DNA of 63,657 bases, filler included, from Choristocarpus tenellus KU-1152 (Eukaryota > Protista > Phaeophyceae): the NCBI GenBank assembly GCA_964200185.2. It is 13 parts of 13 records of this genome, joined end to end, with 100 filler letters (N's around TTAATTAATTAA, not from the genome) between each part and the next. Parts side by side here need not be neighbours in the genome. Positions count along the whole stretch, not along the records: positions 57,978 to 63,657 come from CAXNAD020010030.1; 12 more parts are not named here. One strand, given 5' to 3'. The notes beneath the pieces were generated by a model. That model had not been told where the DNA came from. It saw only the letters and a list, made by a program, of their open reading frames with translations, and ran no database searches. Positions within the stretch are counted from its first letter, which is position 1; every line of letters begins with the position of its first letter. A program made the translations under genes and the position numbers. Shown one piece after another: positions 62,616 to 63,657 of this stretch.

Positions 62616-63044
62616 GTGCTCTAGAGTCGAATGCGAGAACACCACTTCGTGGGCCGATTTTTGAAGTTCCACTCCTCTTCGCAAGTAGGTTGGCATTACT
62701 ATCTATAATATTCCGGTCCATAATTGAGTACAATATCCAAATAGACCCATCAGTTTCAGACCCTCACGTTTATGAAGAGAGTGGTGTTGTTGTAACTCTC
62801 TGCAAGAAGTAAGGATGGAGGGTGTAATCTGCACAGTTACTGCCTCACATATTCCATACTACATATTCTTTGTTATTGTTGTGGTATAATTGCAACTAGT
62901 ATCACGCAATACTCTAGGGTTACGACTAGTTTATCCTTTTCATTATTATCAAGATAACGGGAAGTTACTCCAGATCCCAAATTCGAAAGACTCCAATATG
63001 CTTAGGGTTAGGGTTGCAGTAAAGCTCATATGCTGACCCACTTT

Positions 63045-63225
63045 GGCTTAAAGTATCTGGGGCGAGGGGTGGCGGCTGTCCATTTGTGACCCATTATTCC
63101 ATGTCGCGTTTTTTGGGTGATTTGGTTGCATACATCGGATGGATAATGTAAGTGCACTTTTCCTGGTCATGATCCAAACGGACACCCTGGTGTAGACCCC
63201 CCCCCTCCCCGAGAAACTTTGAGCC
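63045..63225 (+). mobile_element. MITE-1 full copy, TTT on both sides
   Basis: TTT|GGCTTAAAGTATCTGG...GAAACTTTGAGCC|TTT. Confidence 0.9.
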
Positions 63226-63444
63226 TTTAATAAATTTCAAATCCTATTCAGAACGATCTCAATTAATCGGTAAATGATACTACAGAATGGTACCATTATA
63301 TGCTAGTTGCTTCAGCATATGTGTACACATGACGTGGTTTCTACTATTCTCTGCAGCAACAAAGAGCCAAAACAAATTGAGAGTTAGGCAAGGGTACATT
63401 TTGAGGATCCTGAAAAGAGGCAAATATACGCCATTTTGTACCAT

Positions 63445-63657
63445 TAACAGCCTCTCACCAAAATTGAGGATGGAACATACTATGGAGGATGGGTTTGACC
63501 CAAAATGGTGCGCGGAAAGTCCCCATATGTTTTTGTAAATGTTGCGGCACATTTTAAGGGCCCCTTTTTGAATGGGATATATATTTTGTTCAAAAATATT
63601 TCGGTGACTGTAGAGGGCACCGCTACGATTTGGAAGCGACCTCGACCAAGCCAAAGG
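63445..63657 (+). mobile_element. MITE-3-related transposon end running off the window
   Basis: TAACAGCC..AAAATTGAGGATGGA..GAGGATGGGTTTGACCCAAAAT; bridges the 7210 and 3999 variants. Confidence 0.75.

Overview
This is eukaryotic, intron-rich, repeat-dense DNA, most plausibly from a stramenopile alga of the brown-algal type (inferred from TE families and exon structure). It is not one locus: 13 small contigs are joined by an artificial 100-nt linker (44N-TTAATTAATTAA-44N), so adjacency across linkers carries no meaning. Host genes are three partial spliced genes reconstructed exon by exon: an Oxa1/YidC insertase (+, 33.3-35.8 kb), importin beta-1 (-, 42.5-46.9 kb, includes the start codon) and an ABCB1/MDR-type transporter TMD2 (+, 50.8-57.3 kb). 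There is also one intact-looking tRNA-Leu(UAG). The rest is mostly decayed mobile DNA: Ty1/copia fragments, DIRS-like RT/RNase H/recombinase relics, an RTE LINE fragment, a plant-type mariner with both TIRs, a spliced PIF/Harbinger-like transposase pseudogene and several MITE families. The best leads are a clan of related MITEs sharing an AAAGTA terminal core (one carries G-tracts and sits at many contig breaks), its possible Harbinger partner, an apparently integrase-less copia with an acidic duplicated spacer, a hairpin with telomere-repeat arms, and CpG decay between repeat copies. I found no clear multi-gene novel system; these TE-level observations are candidates only.
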